This document shows positions 33,710 to 44,225 of a stretch of 64,000 nucleotides of DNA, piece after piece. Both the position numbers and the translations under genes were made by a program. Under the pieces are notes generated by a model. That model was not told the DNA's origin and searched no databases. It saw nothing but the letters and a program-made list of their open reading frames with translations. The stretch is taken from NCBI GenBank assembly GCA_964438455.1, contig CAYTLI010000001.1:1392-65391 (forward strand). Direction: 5' to 3'. Each line of letters begins with the position of its first letter. Position 1 is the stretch's first letter. Origin of the DNA: an uncultured Pseudohongiella sp. (lineage in GTDB: Bacteria > Pseudomonadota > Gammaproteobacteria > Pseudomonadales > Pseudohongiellaceae).

Positions 33710-34641
33710 GTGTCCAGTCTCACCCGCGGGTCAATGAGGCCATAGACCACATCAACCAGGATCACCATGAAAACCAGGAAGGCGCCATAGAAAACAGTCG
33801 TGCCCATGATCACCGTGTAATCCAGTTGTTGCACCGCTTCAACGAAGTAGCGACCCAGCCCCGGAATGGCGAACACAAGCTCGACGACAAATCCTCCCGT
33901 AGTGATCGCCGCGATGGCAGGACCCAAAACCGTCACCACTGGCAGTACCGCATTACGCAACTGGTGATGAGTAAAGATTCGTGTTGGTGGCGCACCCTTG
34001 GACTTGGCAGTACGCACATAGTCTGAACTGGTCACTTCCAGCATGGAGGAACGCATCAGTCTCGTGAGATAGGCCATAGTGCTGAGACCCAAAACCAGAG
34101 CTGGCATTAACATGTGTAATATGGTGCCCCAGCCGGCAACGGGCAGTATGGTTCTGCCGACCGCGGTGTTGAGGGTAACCAGCGTCAGCTGACTAAGCGC
34201 GGCCACGACAAAACTGGGTACCGAGATACCCAGGATGACCAGAAACATGATGATGTAATCAGGCAGGCGATTACGATACAGGGCGGTGAGTGCGCCCAGC
34301 AACACTCCCCCGGTGGCGGCGAAGATGACTGCCAGAATGCCAAGAATCGCGGACACCGGAAAATGTTCCCGGATGATGTCATTGACTTCACGATTTTCCT
34401 GCACAAAGGAGATACCGAAATCGCCTTGCAGCAGATTGCCTAGAAATATTGTGTACTGGGTGAAGATTGGCTGGTCGAGGCCATACTTGGCTTCCAGGTT
34501 TGCCCGGGTCGCTTCCGTCATGGCCCTGTCATTCATCAGCGGATCACCCGGCACATTGTGCATGGCGAAAAATGTCGCCGTGGCGATGAACCAGACGGTA
34601 ATCACGCCCTGAATCAGGCGCTTAAGTAAGTATTTCCACAT
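33706..34641 (-). CDS. ABC transporter permease (OppB/DppB-like)
   Basis: 311 aa, beginning MWKYLLKRLIQGVITVWFIATATFF..., typical of OppB. It has a 4-nt overlap with the next gene. Confidence 0.85.
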   Translation of the reverse strand: MWKYLLKRLIQGVITVWFIATATFFAMHNVPGDPLMNDRAMTEATRANLEAKYGLDQPIFTQYTIFLGNLLQGDFGISFVQENREVNDIIREHFPVSAILGILAVIFAATGGVLLGALTALYRNRLPDYIIMFLVILGISVPSFVVAALSQLTLVTLNTAVGRTILPVAGWGTILHMLMPALVLGLSTMAYLTRLMRSSMLEVTSSDYVRTAKSKGAPPTRIFTHHQLRNAVLPVVTVLGPAIAAITTGGFVVELVFAIPGLGRYFVEAVQQLDYTVIMGTTVFYGAFLVFMVILVDVVYGLIDPRVRLDT

Positions 34642-34681
34642 CTAGACTACTGGGGACCCGTACTCGATAAACTGTTGCGGC

Positions 34682-36394
34682 TTATTGCCCTGAGGCATCT
34701 ATATAAGCAAAGTTGTAATCCACTTCGGGCCCAACTGAACGCCGCCGAAAATTCTTCAGGCGTGGATCAACAACAAATGAAAAGCCACGCTCGTACATAG
34801 GCAGGATAACAATGTCTTCATATAGCAGGCGCTGAATCTCTCCAAAAGCATCCATGCGCTTCTGCGGATCCAGCTCCGACTGAGCAATACGAATCCAGGA
34901 ATCCATTTCCGGGCTGTTGTAGCGACCGCGGTTCTGCAGGTTCCAGGAAGAAAAAAGATCGCCGTAGGTCAACACGTCGTTGTAGTCCGGACCCCAACCC
35001 GACAACACGATATCGAATTCACCCTGGCGCATCTTCTCAAGCCGCTGCTTGAATATTTGCACGTCGAGGCGAAATTCGAGGCCGAGGTTCTCGCGAAACA
35101 GTTGCTGATAGTACTCAGCGGCCAGCAACGAGATTGGCGTATCGCCAGTCAGCATCATCAGCGGGGGGAATTCGTCAATTCCAAGCTCCTGTTTTGCCAT
35201 TTCCAGATGCTCTCTCGCCTCGGCGATATTCATCTTGTGCTCGACTGGCGGATACTCCTTCTGGAATGAGTCAGAGACTCCGGATAACCACGCGGGAAAC
35301 AGACTGGTTCCCGGGATATAGCTTGGCTCCTTCAATACCTTGTACACCAACTCGGAAGAATCCTGAGCCAGTTGCAACGCACGGCGGAAATGCCAGTTAC
35401 GACTGATACGTTCTTCCCGGTGATTGAACTCCAGATAGAAAACAGAGCCATCCATTGAGCGATCGATCTGCCAGCGCTGTTCCATGGCCGTGGGCAGCAT
35501 GGGTGACAGCAGGTGAGTGTCGGCAATCTGCCCATCCTTGAACAGGTTCAGCTTCGCGTTGATGTCCTGGGTGATGTAAGCGGTACGAATCTCGTCAATG
35601 AAGCCCTTGTTCTCTTTATTCCAGTACAGGGGATTCTTTACCCAACGCATGGTTGAACCATGGACCCACTCGGTAAGGACATAAGGGCCGTTGTACAACA
35701 TCATGTCTGCATCGGCACCGTAACGACCGTTGGTACTGTTAAAGAAGTCTTCTCGTGTGGGGTAGTAGGTGAGGTAGGAAACCAGCTTGTCGAAGTAAGG
35801 CGTGGGTCGTTCAAACTCGACCTCGAGAACCCTGTCCCCTGCCGCACGAACGCCAAGCGTCTCTACAGGGAGATCTCCCCGGTTGATCGCTTCGGCATTC
35901 TTCACCGGGTAGAGAATGAAAGCGTACTGGGAAGCAGTATCCGGGTTGAGCACCCGGCGCCAGGAAAAAACGAAATCATGAGCGGTGACTGGTACACCAT
36001 CACTCCACAGTGCGTCTTCACGTAACCAGAAAGTCGCTCCGTCCTCGCGGATCTCCCAGCGTTCAGCAACACCAGGCGTAGGTTGCGCATCCAGATCGTA
36101 GCTGATCAAGCCTTCCATCACGTGCGCGAGCACGATGTGGCTGGACGCATCGGTGGCTCGTGCGGCATCCATCTGCGGCGGCTCTTCGCGCAAAGCAATG
36201 GTGATTACGTTGTTTTCAGCATCGATAGCATTGCCCGTGGCTGTGCTGCCTGCACTACCGGCAGCGACAGACAGGACAAACATTACCGCCACAAGGGCAG
36301 CCACGGCATACAGGGCGTAGATCGCCAGCTGTTTTCCAGCCGAGCGCGTAAAGCCCTCGTCCCGGTCAATGACAGCGGAACTCGCTTCAGTCAT
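34682..36394 (-). CDS. ABC transporter substrate-binding protein, family 5 (OppA/DppA-like), N-terminally membrane-anchored
   Basis: The ORF track gives 34682-36427. I prefer ATG 36394, which has GGAGGA 7 nt upstream. The N-terminus has one hydrophobic helix (...LAIYALYAVAALVAVMFVLSVAAG...) and no lipobox. Confidence 0.8.
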   Translation of the reverse strand: MTEASSAVIDRDEGFTRSAGKQLAIYALYAVAALVAVMFVLSVAAGSAGSTATGNAIDAENNVITIALREEPPQMDAARATDASSHIVLAHVMEGLISYDLDAQPTPGVAERWEIREDGATFWLREDALWSDGVPVTAHDFVFSWRRVLNPDTASQYAFILYPVKNAEAINRGDLPVETLGVRAAGDRVLEVEFERPTPYFDKLVSYLTYYPTREDFFNSTNGRYGADADMMLYNGPYVLTEWVHGSTMRWVKNPLYWNKENKGFIDEIRTAYITQDINAKLNLFKDGQIADTHLLSPMLPTAMEQRWQIDRSMDGSVFYLEFNHREERISRNWHFRRALQLAQDSSELVYKVLKEPSYIPGTSLFPAWLSGVSDSFQKEYPPVEHKMNIAEAREHLEMAKQELGIDEFPPLMMLTGDTPISLLAAEYYQQLFRENLGLEFRLDVQIFKQRLEKMRQGEFDIVLSGWGPDYNDVLTYGDLFSSWNLQNRGRYNSPEMDSWIRIAQSELDPQKRMDAFGEIQRLLYEDIVILPMYERGFSFVVDPRLKNFRRRSVGPEVDYNFAYIDASGQ

Positions 36395-36568
36395 AGGTTC
36401 TTCCTCCCCGACTCGAGAATACCCCACGGTATGGGGCCGGACAAGAGAACTCCGTCGCAGCCAGGATGAAATTCGGGGGATCAGATACAGCTGAATACCG
36501 CAGTCTGTATGCCGTTTTCCTTCACGCCGCGAGAGCTTTGCTCCCGAGTGCGTATAGAAAGAAGCTGG

Positions 36569-36952
36569 TCAGGCAATATTTCCTGCAGCAGCGATAAGAC
36601 CGGCGATCAACAGATATGCGGTAGCCAGGAATCCGGGAACAAATCCCCTGCCCCGCTTCGATGGGTCCGCCACATAGGCCTGCAGGTAGATCAGGCGAGA
36701 GATGACAAATATCAGGCCGACCCCTGCTGCTATAGTGGGATTACCGTAGAATCCATAGATAGTGATGGCAGGCAGGAAGACAACGAGCTGCTCCATGGTG
36801 TTCTGTTGCACGCGATAGAAGCGCTCGAATATTGGATCTCCTGAGATCGCTGGTGCGGGACAGTTGTATTTGGCGCGCGCCCTGCCCACCAATATGCTGA
36901 ACGCAATATATTCAATGAGCGCCAAGACGACGACGATAACTACGTATTCCAT
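36569..36952 (-). CDS. MAPEG-family membrane protein (glutathione-transferase-like)
   Basis: 127 aa with 3-4 helices. ...FERFYRVQQNTMEQLVVFLP...RLIYLQAYV... is MAPEG-like. Confidence 0.65.
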   Translation of the reverse strand: MEYVVIVVVLALIEYIAFSILVGRARAKYNCPAPAISGDPIFERFYRVQQNTMEQLVVFLPAITIYGFYGNPTIAAGVGLIFVISRLIYLQAYVADPSKRGRGFVPGFLATAYLLIAGLIAAAGNIA

Positions 36953-37010
36953 GATTTCCTCCTGAGTGGGGATTTAATTATTGTGACTGCCGCTGGTTTC
37001 TCATCGCGAA

Positions 37011-37808
37011 TTATTCATTCGTGTCCGACGGCAGGGTGTTGGCCATAGTTTCCAGATAGCGTTGTGTATTGGTTACTGCAATCTCCCTGAATTTCATCGT
37101 CGGGTGCAGTTCGCGCATACGCAGATTCAGTAATCCGTGGGCAGATATCACTAACGAATCGAGAATGATATTGTCGGTGTCGCATTCCCTGGCTAGTTTG
37201 ACCAGGCGATCGAACCCAACCAGGAAATTCTCGGTATGGTTGTGACGAATTTCCGTGCCGTAGAAAAGATCAAACATGTCGACGCCTTCCTGTCCGGCCA
37301 TGGTGAGGAACATACGCGAGTAGACTTCAGAATCTCCACTGGCAAACTGTTTCCATATCTCTGCAAGATCTTCACTCGTGTATGATCCGTTGCCGACCGG
37401 ACCCTGGCTGGAAATAAACAGCAGGCCAGTGATCGCGCCGAGCTGCCTGCGCGTTGCTTCCGAAATCTTGAAGAAAGTCTCCTGCCTGGCATTGAGCTCT
37501 GTTGCTGCAATCGCCTGAGTCTGTTTTTCCGAGTGCAGGTTATTGCGCCGCAGCTCTTCATTGTTTTCTGCCAGCACGGACTGTTGAATGAACAGACCGA
37601 TGACAAGCCAGAGGAAAGCCAGAAAAGCAAAAGCACCTTCCAGGAATGCGCCCATTTCATCAATGGGCAAATCCATGAATGAGCCCCAGCCCACGTTCCG
37701 CGCGATGTAGATGGCCAGGAACACGAACCAGAGCAGTGTCAGCACCAATCCGAACTGGATTCGCCAGTCTTTGGGAACAAATGATTTCCAGCTTGCGGAT
37801 TCGGTCAT
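37011..37808 (-). CDS. Hypothetical membrane protein
   Basis: The ORF track gives 37011-37916. ATG 37808 (MTESASWKSF...) precedes two TM helices, followed by a soluble helical domain. Neither start has a clear RBS. Confidence 0.45.
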   Translation of the reverse strand: MTESASWKSFVPKDWRIQFGLVLTLLWFVFLAIYIARNVGWGSFMDLPIDEMGAFLEGAFAFLAFLWLVIGLFIQQSVLAENNEELRRNNLHSEKQTQAIAATELNARQETFFKISEATRRQLGAITGLLFISSQGPVGNGSYTSEDLAEIWKQFASGDSEVYSRMFLTMAGQEGVDMFDLFYGTEIRHNHTENFLVGFDRLVKLARECDTDNIILDSLVISAHGLLNLRMRELHPTMKFREIAVTNTQRYLETMANTLPSDTNE

Positions 37809-37992
37809 GAGCAGCGGCTTCTGGGCCTGAAGGCCAAAGAATGAGGCTATAGAGTAAAGCCGGGCGACCTGAAGGGTCAATTGCCAGTCTCGGTATATAT
37901 GCGGTGGAGGAAACATGAATTAGCTGGCGCTTCGCGTATAATTGCTGGTCCCTGTGCTGATTCGGCCTCAGGATGCTGGAAGGAATACGGTC

Positions 37993-38235
37993 ATGGCTGC
38001 CAAGAAGACGAAAAGCTTCAATTTCGAAGAAGCACTGGAAGAACTGGAAGAGCTCGTTACTTCCATGGAGGAAGGAGAACTCAGTCTCGAAGAATCCCTG
38101 CAGGCTTTCGAAAAAGGCATCAAACTGACCAGAGAGTGCCAGACAGCATTAAAAAAGGCGGAACAGAAAGTACAGGTCCTGTTGGATGAATCTGGCAGCA
38201 CCGAGGATCTCGACCTGCCCGACACGGAATCCTGA
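37993..38235 (+). CDS. xseB: Exodeoxyribonuclease VII small subunit
   Basis: The ORF track gives 37942-38235. ATG 37993 has GGAAGGA upstream. ...FEEALEELEELVTSMEEGELSLEESLQAFEKGIKLTRECQ... is canonical XseB. Confidence 0.9.
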   Translation: MAAKKTKSFNFEEALEELEELVTSMEEGELSLEESLQAFEKGIKLTRECQTALKKAEQKVQVLLDESGSTEDLDLPDTES

Positions 38236-39146
38236 TGTCCTTGCCATTATCCAATGCAGAAAAACTGGACCTGGACGCGTTCCTCGACCTGTCCAGGCAG
38301 CGCGTCGAAGAAGCACTCACCAGGCAATTGGATTCTATAGATTCCAGTCAACGCCTGGTCGAAGCGATGCGATATGCAACACTCAACGGCGGTAAACGTT
38401 TGCGCCCGGTGTTTGTCTACGCAGCTGCAGAAGCAGTGGGCGCACCGCTTGCAAATGCCGACTTGCCCGCCTGTGCAGTGGAGCTGATACATTGCTACTC
38501 CCTGAGCCATGATGATTTGCCCGCGATGGATGATGATGATTTGCGCAGGGGAAAACCGAGCCTGCACAAGGCTTATGATGAAGCGACAGCGATCCTGGTT
38601 GGCGATGCACTGCAATGCCTTGCATTTGAGATGTTATCTGGTGCGTCTGCAGACGGATTTACCAGCAATCAATTAATGATGATGAGGGTCCTCGCTGAGG
38701 CGGCAGGGGCACAAGGCATGGTCGGGGGGCAGGCCGTAGATCTGCAGGCAGCGGGAAACCTGATCAGCATCGAAGAGCTGGAATCGATGCATCGGAAAAA
38801 GACAGGCGCGCTCATTTCTGCTTCCGTACTACTGGGCGCCTATTGCGCAACAGACGTTACCGGGTCGTCCCTGTCTGCCCTGCAGGAATATGCCGACTGC
38901 ATAGGTCTCGCTTTCCAGATTCAGGACGATGTGCTGGACGAGGTTGCCGACACCGAGGTGCTGGGCAAGCCACAAGGGTCAGACAAGCTCAACAATAAAC
39001 CAACCTATGTGTCGCTGCTTGGTTTGGATGGCGCCAGGTCGAAGGCTTTAGAACTCGCTGAACGGGCACAGGATTCACTGGCTATACTGCCTGGCGCAGA
39101 CAACCTGCGGAATCTTGCAGGTCACATCGTTAGCCGGATTTACTAG
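38235..39146 (+). CDS. ispA: Farnesyl diphosphate synthase (geranyltranstransferase)
   Basis: 303 aa. FARM is ...SLSHDDLPAMDDDDLRRGKP... and SARM is ...FQIQDDVLD.... It has a TGATG overlap with xseB. Confidence 0.9.
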   Translation: MSLPLSNAEKLDLDAFLDLSRQRVEEALTRQLDSIDSSQRLVEAMRYATLNGGKRLRPVFVYAAAEAVGAPLANADLPACAVELIHCYSLSHDDLPAMDDDDLRRGKPSLHKAYDEATAILVGDALQCLAFEMLSGASADGFTSNQLMMMRVLAEAAGAQGMVGGQAVDLQAAGNLISIEELESMHRKKTGALISASVLLGAYCATDVTGSSLSALQEYADCIGLAFQIQDDVLDEVADTEVLGKPQGSDKLNNKPTYVSLLGLDGARSKALELAERAQDSLAILPGADNLRNLAGHIVSRIY

Positions 39147-39192
39147 CCTGGTAACCGTTGAAGCTGCGCAAGAAATAGGTTGAAATAGCCCC

Positions 39193-41115
39193 ATGCTCGA
39201 AGAAATACCACTCACGCGGCCCGACACTCCACTTCTCGACCGGATTAATTCTCCTGCTGATCTGAAGAGCCTGGAGATATCCGAGCTCAACCTGCTGGCT
39301 GAAGAGCTACGCTCGTTTTTACTCTACTCGGTGGGTCAGACTGGTGGGCATTTTGGCGCAGGTCTCGGTGTGGTGGAGCTGACGATAGCTCTGCACTATG
39401 TCTTCGATACACCCGAGGACAAACTGGTGTGGGACGTAGGGCACCAGGCATATCCCCATAAAATTCTCACCGGCCGCAGGGAAGAAATGCTGACCATGCG
39501 GCAGGCAGGTGGTTTGGCTGCTTTCCCCAAACGCCAGGAAAGTGACTACGACACTTTTGGTGTTGGGCATTCAAGCACGTCGATCTCCGCCACCCTCGGC
39601 ATGATGGTCGCCGGTAAAATGCTGGGCAGGGATAATCACAACATCGCGGTAATCGGTGATGGCGCGATGACCGCCGGCATGGCATTCGAGGCGCTCAATC
39701 ACGCCGGACACATCGACGAAAACATGCTGGTAATCCTGAACGATAACAACATGTCGATCTCAAACAATGTCGGCGGCTTGTCCAGCTACTTCGCCAGGAT
39801 GTGGGCCAGCAAGCCCTATAACTTTATTCGCAAAGGCAGCAAGCGCGTGCTGTCAAAAGTGCCCCCGGCATTAAAAGCAGCGCACCGCGCAGAAGAGTAT
39901 ATGAAGGGCATGGTGTCACCTGGCACTCTTTTCGAGGAGATTGGCTTCAACTACATTGGTCTCGTCGACGGTCATGACATTGGCCGTCTGGTGGAGATAC
40001 TCAGCAACATCAAGACTCTGCGAGGACCCCAGCTACTACATATTGTGACCCAGAAGGGTAAAGGCTATTCGGAATCGGAAAACGACCCTTATGGCATGCA
40101 TGCACTGAGCAAGATTGATCCAGGCAAAGTCACAAACCCGAACGCAGAGAAAGAAGCGGACAAAGCCAGGACTCCAGCCCCGACTTACTCACAGGTTTTT
40201 GGGCAATGGCTGTGTGACCTCGCCGAGTTTGATGACAAACTTGTCGCCATCACCCCGGCCATGGGCGAGGGGTCGGGCATGCGGCAGTTCGCCGAACAGT
40301 ACCCGGAAAGATTCCACGATGTTGCCATCGCCGAACAGCACGCGGTGACATTTGCCGCGGGTATGGCATGCGAAGACATCAAGCCCGTGGTCGCGATCTA
40401 CTCGACCTTCCTGCAGAGAGCCTATGACCAGTTGATTCATGACGTGGCCTTGCAGGATTTGGATGTCCTGTTCGCAATCGATCGCGCAGGCCTCGTTGGG
40501 GAGGATGGTCCAACTCATGCAGGCAGCTTTGATCTCAGCTACCTGCGCTGCGTTCCCAATATGATGGTGATGGCACCGAGTGACGAGGCCGAAACCTATC
40601 AGCTGCTCTCCACTGGCTACCTGCACCACGGGCCGGCGGCGGTGCGCTATCCGCGCGGCAAGGGACCAGGCGCCGAAATAGCGCAGAATCTCGACCCGGT
40701 TGAAATCGGCAAGGCGGTAGTCAAACGCAAGGGACGTTCTATTGCCTTGCTTGCCTTTGGCTCAATGGTCGAACCTGCCTTGAAGGCTGCTGAAGTTCTT
40801 GATGCAACCGTTGCCGACATGCGCTTTGTCAAACCGCTTGACGAAGAACTCATTGGAGACCTGGCAACTTCACACCAACTCATCGTGACTCTGGAAGAAA
40901 ATGTGCTCGCTGGTGGCGCAGGCTCCGCAGTCAATGAGTATCTGCTCAGCAGTAACTACAGCATTCCTATTCTTAATCTGGGACTGCCCGACAAATTTCT
41001 CGAGCATGGCAAGGTGCCGGAGATGCTGGCCGACGTCGGGCTGGACAGTGACAGCATCGTCATCTCAATCCGACAGAAGCTGCACGCCTGCAAGATTCAG
41101 TCGGAAGCAGTTTAA
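39193..41115 (+). CDS. dxs: 1-deoxy-D-xylulose-5-phosphate synthase
   Basis: 640 aa. ...[14 protein letters not shown]..., ...GHSSTSISA..., ...[14 protein letters not shown]... and the full transketolase-like architecture are present. Confidence 0.95.
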   Translation: MLEEIPLTRPDTPLLDRINSPADLKSLEISELNLLAEELRSFLLYSVGQTGGHFGAGLGVVELTIALHYVFDTPEDKLVWDVGHQAYPHKILTGRREEMLTMRQAGGLAAFPKRQESDYDTFGVGHSSTSISATLGMMVAGKMLGRDNHNIAVIGDGAMTAGMAFEALNHAGHIDENMLVILNDNNMSISNNVGGLSSYFARMWASKPYNFIRKGSKRVLSKVPPALKAAHRAEEYMKGMVSPGTLFEEIGFNYIGLVDGHDIGRLVEILSNIKTLRGPQLLHIVTQKGKGYSESENDPYGMHALSKIDPGKVTNPNAEKEADKARTPAPTYSQVFGQWLCDLAEFDDKLVAITPAMGEGSGMRQFAEQYPERFHDVAIAEQHAVTFAAGMACEDIKPVVAIYSTFLQRAYDQLIHDVALQDLDVLFAIDRAGLVGEDGPTHAGSFDLSYLRCVPNMMVMAPSDEAETYQLLSTGYLHHGPAAVRYPRGKGPGAEIAQNLDPVEIGKAVVKRKGRSIALLAFGSMVEPALKAAEVLDATVADMRFVKPLDEELIGDLATSHQLIVTLEENVLAGGAGSAVNEYLLSSNYSIPILNLGLPDKFLEHGKVPEMLADVGLDSDSIVISIRQKLHACKIQSEAV

Positions 41116-41125
41116 TATTCAGATT

Positions 41126-42049
41126 CTAGTCTGCAGCGGCCTGGGCGATAAACTCACACATCATCTCGGCACCCTGAATTATTCTCGGCGAACTGCGCTG
41201 CAACAAATCTGGCGGAATAAACCGGAGATGCCCATTCTCGGCAGCACTCAATCCAGGCCACGCACTCCATTCATCCAGCCATTCGGGACGTTCTTCATCC
41301 ATGCCGCTCACCACGATCAGTTGTGGGTCGGCTGAAAGAACCGACTCAGTACTCACCACTGGCGCCAGCGGAATGGCATCCGAGAATACATTCACACCCC
41401 CACAAAGCCGAATTATGTCGGAAACCAGATGTTCGCCATTGAGTGTTGTCAGCGGTTCATTCCAGACTTCGTAGAAGACGCGAACCGGGTCGCTGCTCTC
41501 CTCTGCCTGGCGCAAGCGATCGAGTCTGGCCAGCAGCTGCGCCGCCTGCGGCTCGGCCACATCACTGGTACCTGCGAGAACGCCAAAGTTACGCACGGAT
41601 TCCGCGATCGCTTCGATACTGCGAGGCTCATCCAGATAAAGAGTAAAACCAAGACTGCGCAGCCGCGCGATGATTTCTTCACCATTGCCACTCGCCCACA
41701 CCACCACCAGATCCGGGTTAAAGGCTACAACAGATTCGTATGCAATTTCCCGAAACGAACCAATCACCGGAATACTTTGCGCGGCCTGCGGGAAATTACT
41801 GAACTGAACCGTGGCGACCAGGCGGTCGCCGGCACCAGCCACAAACAATGACTCGGTGATGTGAGGAGACAGGCTTACAATCCTCTGGACCGGCCCGTCG
41901 AGGACCACCTCGTTGCCGAGACCATCAATCACCGATACTTGCGCAGCTAGGGATTGCGATATTACAAGCAGTATCACCGGCACAATATGCTTTGTCGCTA
42001 GTCTCTTTATAGTGGGGAAAATCATGGCAAGAGTCATGGTAAGAATCAT
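41126..42049 (-). CDS. btuF: Periplasmic cobalamin-binding protein of the B12 ABC importer (BtuF-like)
   Basis: 307 aa with a signal sequence. ...RIVSLSPHITESLFVAGAGDRLVA... is typical of BtuF/FhuD class-8 SBPs. It is the last gene of a riboswitch-controlled operon. Confidence 0.7.
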   Translation of the reverse strand: MILTMTLAMIFPTIKRLATKHIVPVILLVISQSLAAQVSVIDGLGNEVVLDGPVQRIVSLSPHITESLFVAGAGDRLVATVQFSNFPQAAQSIPVIGSFREIAYESVVAFNPDLVVVWASGNGEEIIARLRSLGFTLYLDEPRSIEAIAESVRNFGVLAGTSDVAEPQAAQLLARLDRLRQAEESSDPVRVFYEVWNEPLTTLNGEHLVSDIIRLCGGVNVFSDAIPLAPVVSTESVLSADPQLIVVSGMDEERPEWLDEWSAWPGLSAAENGHLRFIPPDLLQRSSPRIIQGAEMMCEFIAQAAAD

Positions 42050-42060
42050 GGCAGGAACAA

Positions 42061-42846
42061 TCAGGTAATAATTCGCGGCGCGCCGTCCTTGCTCGCAGTT
42101 GTTAGCTGTGCATGTACATTAAAGGCCTCGCTAATCAGATTCTCGCTCAGCACCTCAACCGGTCGGCCCTGGGCGATCGCACTTCCATCTTTAAGCACGA
42201 GTAACTTGTCAGCACATTGGCTGGCCAGGTTGAGATCGTGCAAGACGGTGACAATGGCAACCCCTTGTTCGGCAAAAAACCTGATCATCTTCGCGATCAT
42301 CTCCTGGTGAGCGAGATCCAGGGAAGCACTGGGCTCGTCCAGGATCAGGCAACGATGCAACGACTGCCGTTCCCAGATCTGTGCCGCAACACGAGCCAGC
42401 TGTACGCGTTGCTTCTCTCCTCCGGAAAGACTGAGAAACAAGCGATCCGTAAATTGCAGGCAATCCACAAGTTCCAGGGCCTGCTCGACTATGATGGCAT
42501 TCTGCTGTTGCGAACTGCTGTGGGGAATTCGGCCCAGACTCACCACTTCGCTCACTGAAAATGGAAAGTCCAGAACCGAGCGCTGGGGCAGGATGGCGAG
42601 TAGCTTTGCACGCTCAGACAACTTCCATGCTGCCATGTCCCTACCGTTGAATTTCAGTGCGCCAGATTGCCTGTCCAGCTCATTGCAGATAGCGCGCAGC
42701 AAACTGGTTTTGCCCGCACCGTTGGGACCAATAATCGCAGCGACCTCTCCTGCGTGTATCTGGAAACTTATGTTGGAAAGCGAAAGATCCTGGCTGATTC
42801 GAACGTCCAGTTCTTCGAGTTGCAATGTTGGAGTCGTATCTATCAC
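42061..42846 (-). CDS. btuD: ABC importer ATPase (BtuD/FecE-like)
   Basis: 261 aa. Walker A is GPNGAGKTS, the signature is LSGGEKQR and Walker B is LILDEP. Confidence 0.75.
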   Translation of the reverse strand: MIDTTPTLQLEELDVRISQDLSLSNISFQIHAGEVAAIIGPNGAGKTSLLRAICNELDRQSGALKFNGRDMAAWKLSERAKLLAILPQRSVLDFPFSVSEVVSLGRIPHSSSQQQNAIIVEQALELVDCLQFTDRLFLSLSGGEKQRVQLARVAAQIWERQSLHRCLILDEPSASLDLAHQEMIAKMIRFFAEQGVAIVTVLHDLNLASQCADKLLVLKDGSAIAQGRPVEVLSENLISEAFNVHAQLTTASKDGAPRIIT

Positions 42847-43874
42847 AAGCGCTCCGGATTATTCAGCGCCTTGCTTCTGATCAGCAATGAAAAGAAGACC
42901 GGAGCTCCAACAAGCGCAGTCAGTACACCCGCTGGCAATTCCGCGGGAGCGATAAGCGTCCTTGCTGCCATGTCGGCGAGCAACAACAATACAGCTCCAG
43001 CCAATGCAGCACCCGGTATCAGGCTGCGATGATCTGGACCAATCGCGCCACGAATGATGTGCGGCACAACAAGCCCAACGAAGGCGATATTGCCAACCAC
43101 CACAACACTCACACCGACGGCCAGAGCAGTCACCATGATCAACTCTTTCTTTACCCACTCCACATTGATGCCCAGGTATCGCGCTTCCGATTCGCCCAGT
43201 AGAAATGCGTTGAGCGCAAGACGGTAGCGGGGAATTCTCCACAATAACAGCATCGCAACCACTGCCATGATTGCGACTCGATTCCAGCTGGCGCCTTCCA
43301 GGTTGCCCATCTCCCAGACCGAGATGCGTCTTAACATCACACTGTCCGCAAAATAGGTAAACAGGTTGTTCAGCGCACTCGCTACTGCACCAATGGCAAC
43401 CCCTGACAGCAACATGGTAATAACCGAGGTGCCGTAGCGGTCCGTGGCCAGTCGATAGACCAGGAAAACTGCGAGTACAGCACCAGCCACTGCTCCGATA
43501 CTCACAAAAGACAAACCGAGTATTTCGCTACCTGGCAGCACTGAGGCGCCAAACACGATGACAAAGCTCGCCCCTGCAGAGGCACCACTGGAAACTCCGA
43601 TCAGGGAGGGATCCGCCAATGGATTGCGAAACAGTCCCTGCATCACTGCGCCGCAAACTGCCAGGCTCGATCCAACCAACACAGCCATGACAGCCCGCGG
43701 CAAGCGAATTGACTGCAGAATGACCTGGTCACGAATCAACGACTCGCTTTCGGGACTGCTGAATAAAAGCAGTGGCGAGATAAGACTTGGCCCAACTGCG
43801 AGATAAATCGCTACCAGTGCCGGTAACAGGAATACCAGCGTTGTTAACACCCGGGTTGAATTTAGCCGATCCAT
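42843..43874 (-). CDS. btuC: FecCD-family ABC importer permease (BtuC-like)
   Basis: 343 aa with about 10 TM helices. ...LPRAVMAVLVGSSLAVCGAVMQGLFRNPLADPSLIGVSSGA... is canonical FecCD. Confidence 0.75.
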   Translation of the reverse strand: MDRLNSTRVLTTLVFLLPALVAIYLAVGPSLISPLLLFSSPESESLIRDQVILQSIRLPRAVMAVLVGSSLAVCGAVMQGLFRNPLADPSLIGVSSGASAGASFVIVFGASVLPGSEILGLSFVSIGAVAGAVLAVFLVYRLATDRYGTSVITMLLSGVAIGAVASALNNLFTYFADSVMLRRISVWEMGNLEGASWNRVAIMAVVAMLLLWRIPRYRLALNAFLLGESEARYLGINVEWVKKELIMVTALAVGVSVVVVGNIAFVGLVVPHIIRGAIGPDHRSLIPGAALAGAVLLLLADMAARTLIAPAELPAGVLTALVGAPVFFSLLIRSKALNNPERL

Positions 43875-43969
43875 AGAGTTCTCGAAGAGCCCAAATGAGG
43901 GGAGAGAAGAAATCAGCAGGATGGCAAGAAACTGACTGATCCAGCTAAGCCCTCCGCTTACTGTGACGT

Positions 43970-44100
43970 ATCTGCTTCAGGCAGGTATCGGGCTCAGGAT
44001 CAATGATCTTTACCGTTGCGGGGGCAGCCCAGGATTGTGCACCTGTGTTCCCATTTAACTCGCCTGATACAACTAATATCTGGCGAGCACCTGAAAGCCC
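43970..44100 (-). promoter_or_regulatory. Cobalamin (AdoCbl) riboswitch aptamer in the btuCDF leader
   Basis: The minus strand reads ...GGTGCTCGCC...GGCGAGTTAAATGGGAACACAGGTGCACAATCCTGGGCTGCCCCCGCAACGGTAAAGATCATTGATCCTGAGCCCGATACCTGCC.... It contains the conserved GGGAA..GGTG..AATCC..GC.G.CCCGC.AC.GTAA core and a B12 box (GAGCC.GA.ACCTGCC). Confidence 0.85.
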
Positions 44101-44104
44101 GGTG

Positions 44105-44134
44105 ATTATAGAGAGCTGGCTGCAGGAGTGTCAA
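44105..44134 (-). promoter_or_regulatory. Sigma70 promoter of the riboswitch-btuCDF transcript
   Basis: The minus strand reads TTGACA-N18-TATAAT, with both hexamers matching consensus. It sits immediately upstream of the riboswitch. Confidence 0.65.
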
Positions 44135-44142
44135 AACGACAA

Positions 44143-44171
44143 TTGACACTTCACCATGATCGGTAAATGAT
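44143..44171 (+). promoter_or_regulatory. Candidate sigma70 promoter of cobO (divergent)
   Basis: The plus strand reads TTGACA-N17-AATGAT. Its -35 lies 8 bp from the opposing -35, giving TGTCAA-N8-TTGACA. Confidence 0.4.
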
Positions 44172-44225
44172 GGCGCTGCTCTTGCAGTAACCAATAATCA
44201 AACTCTGGCAGGTAGTTCCCGCATA

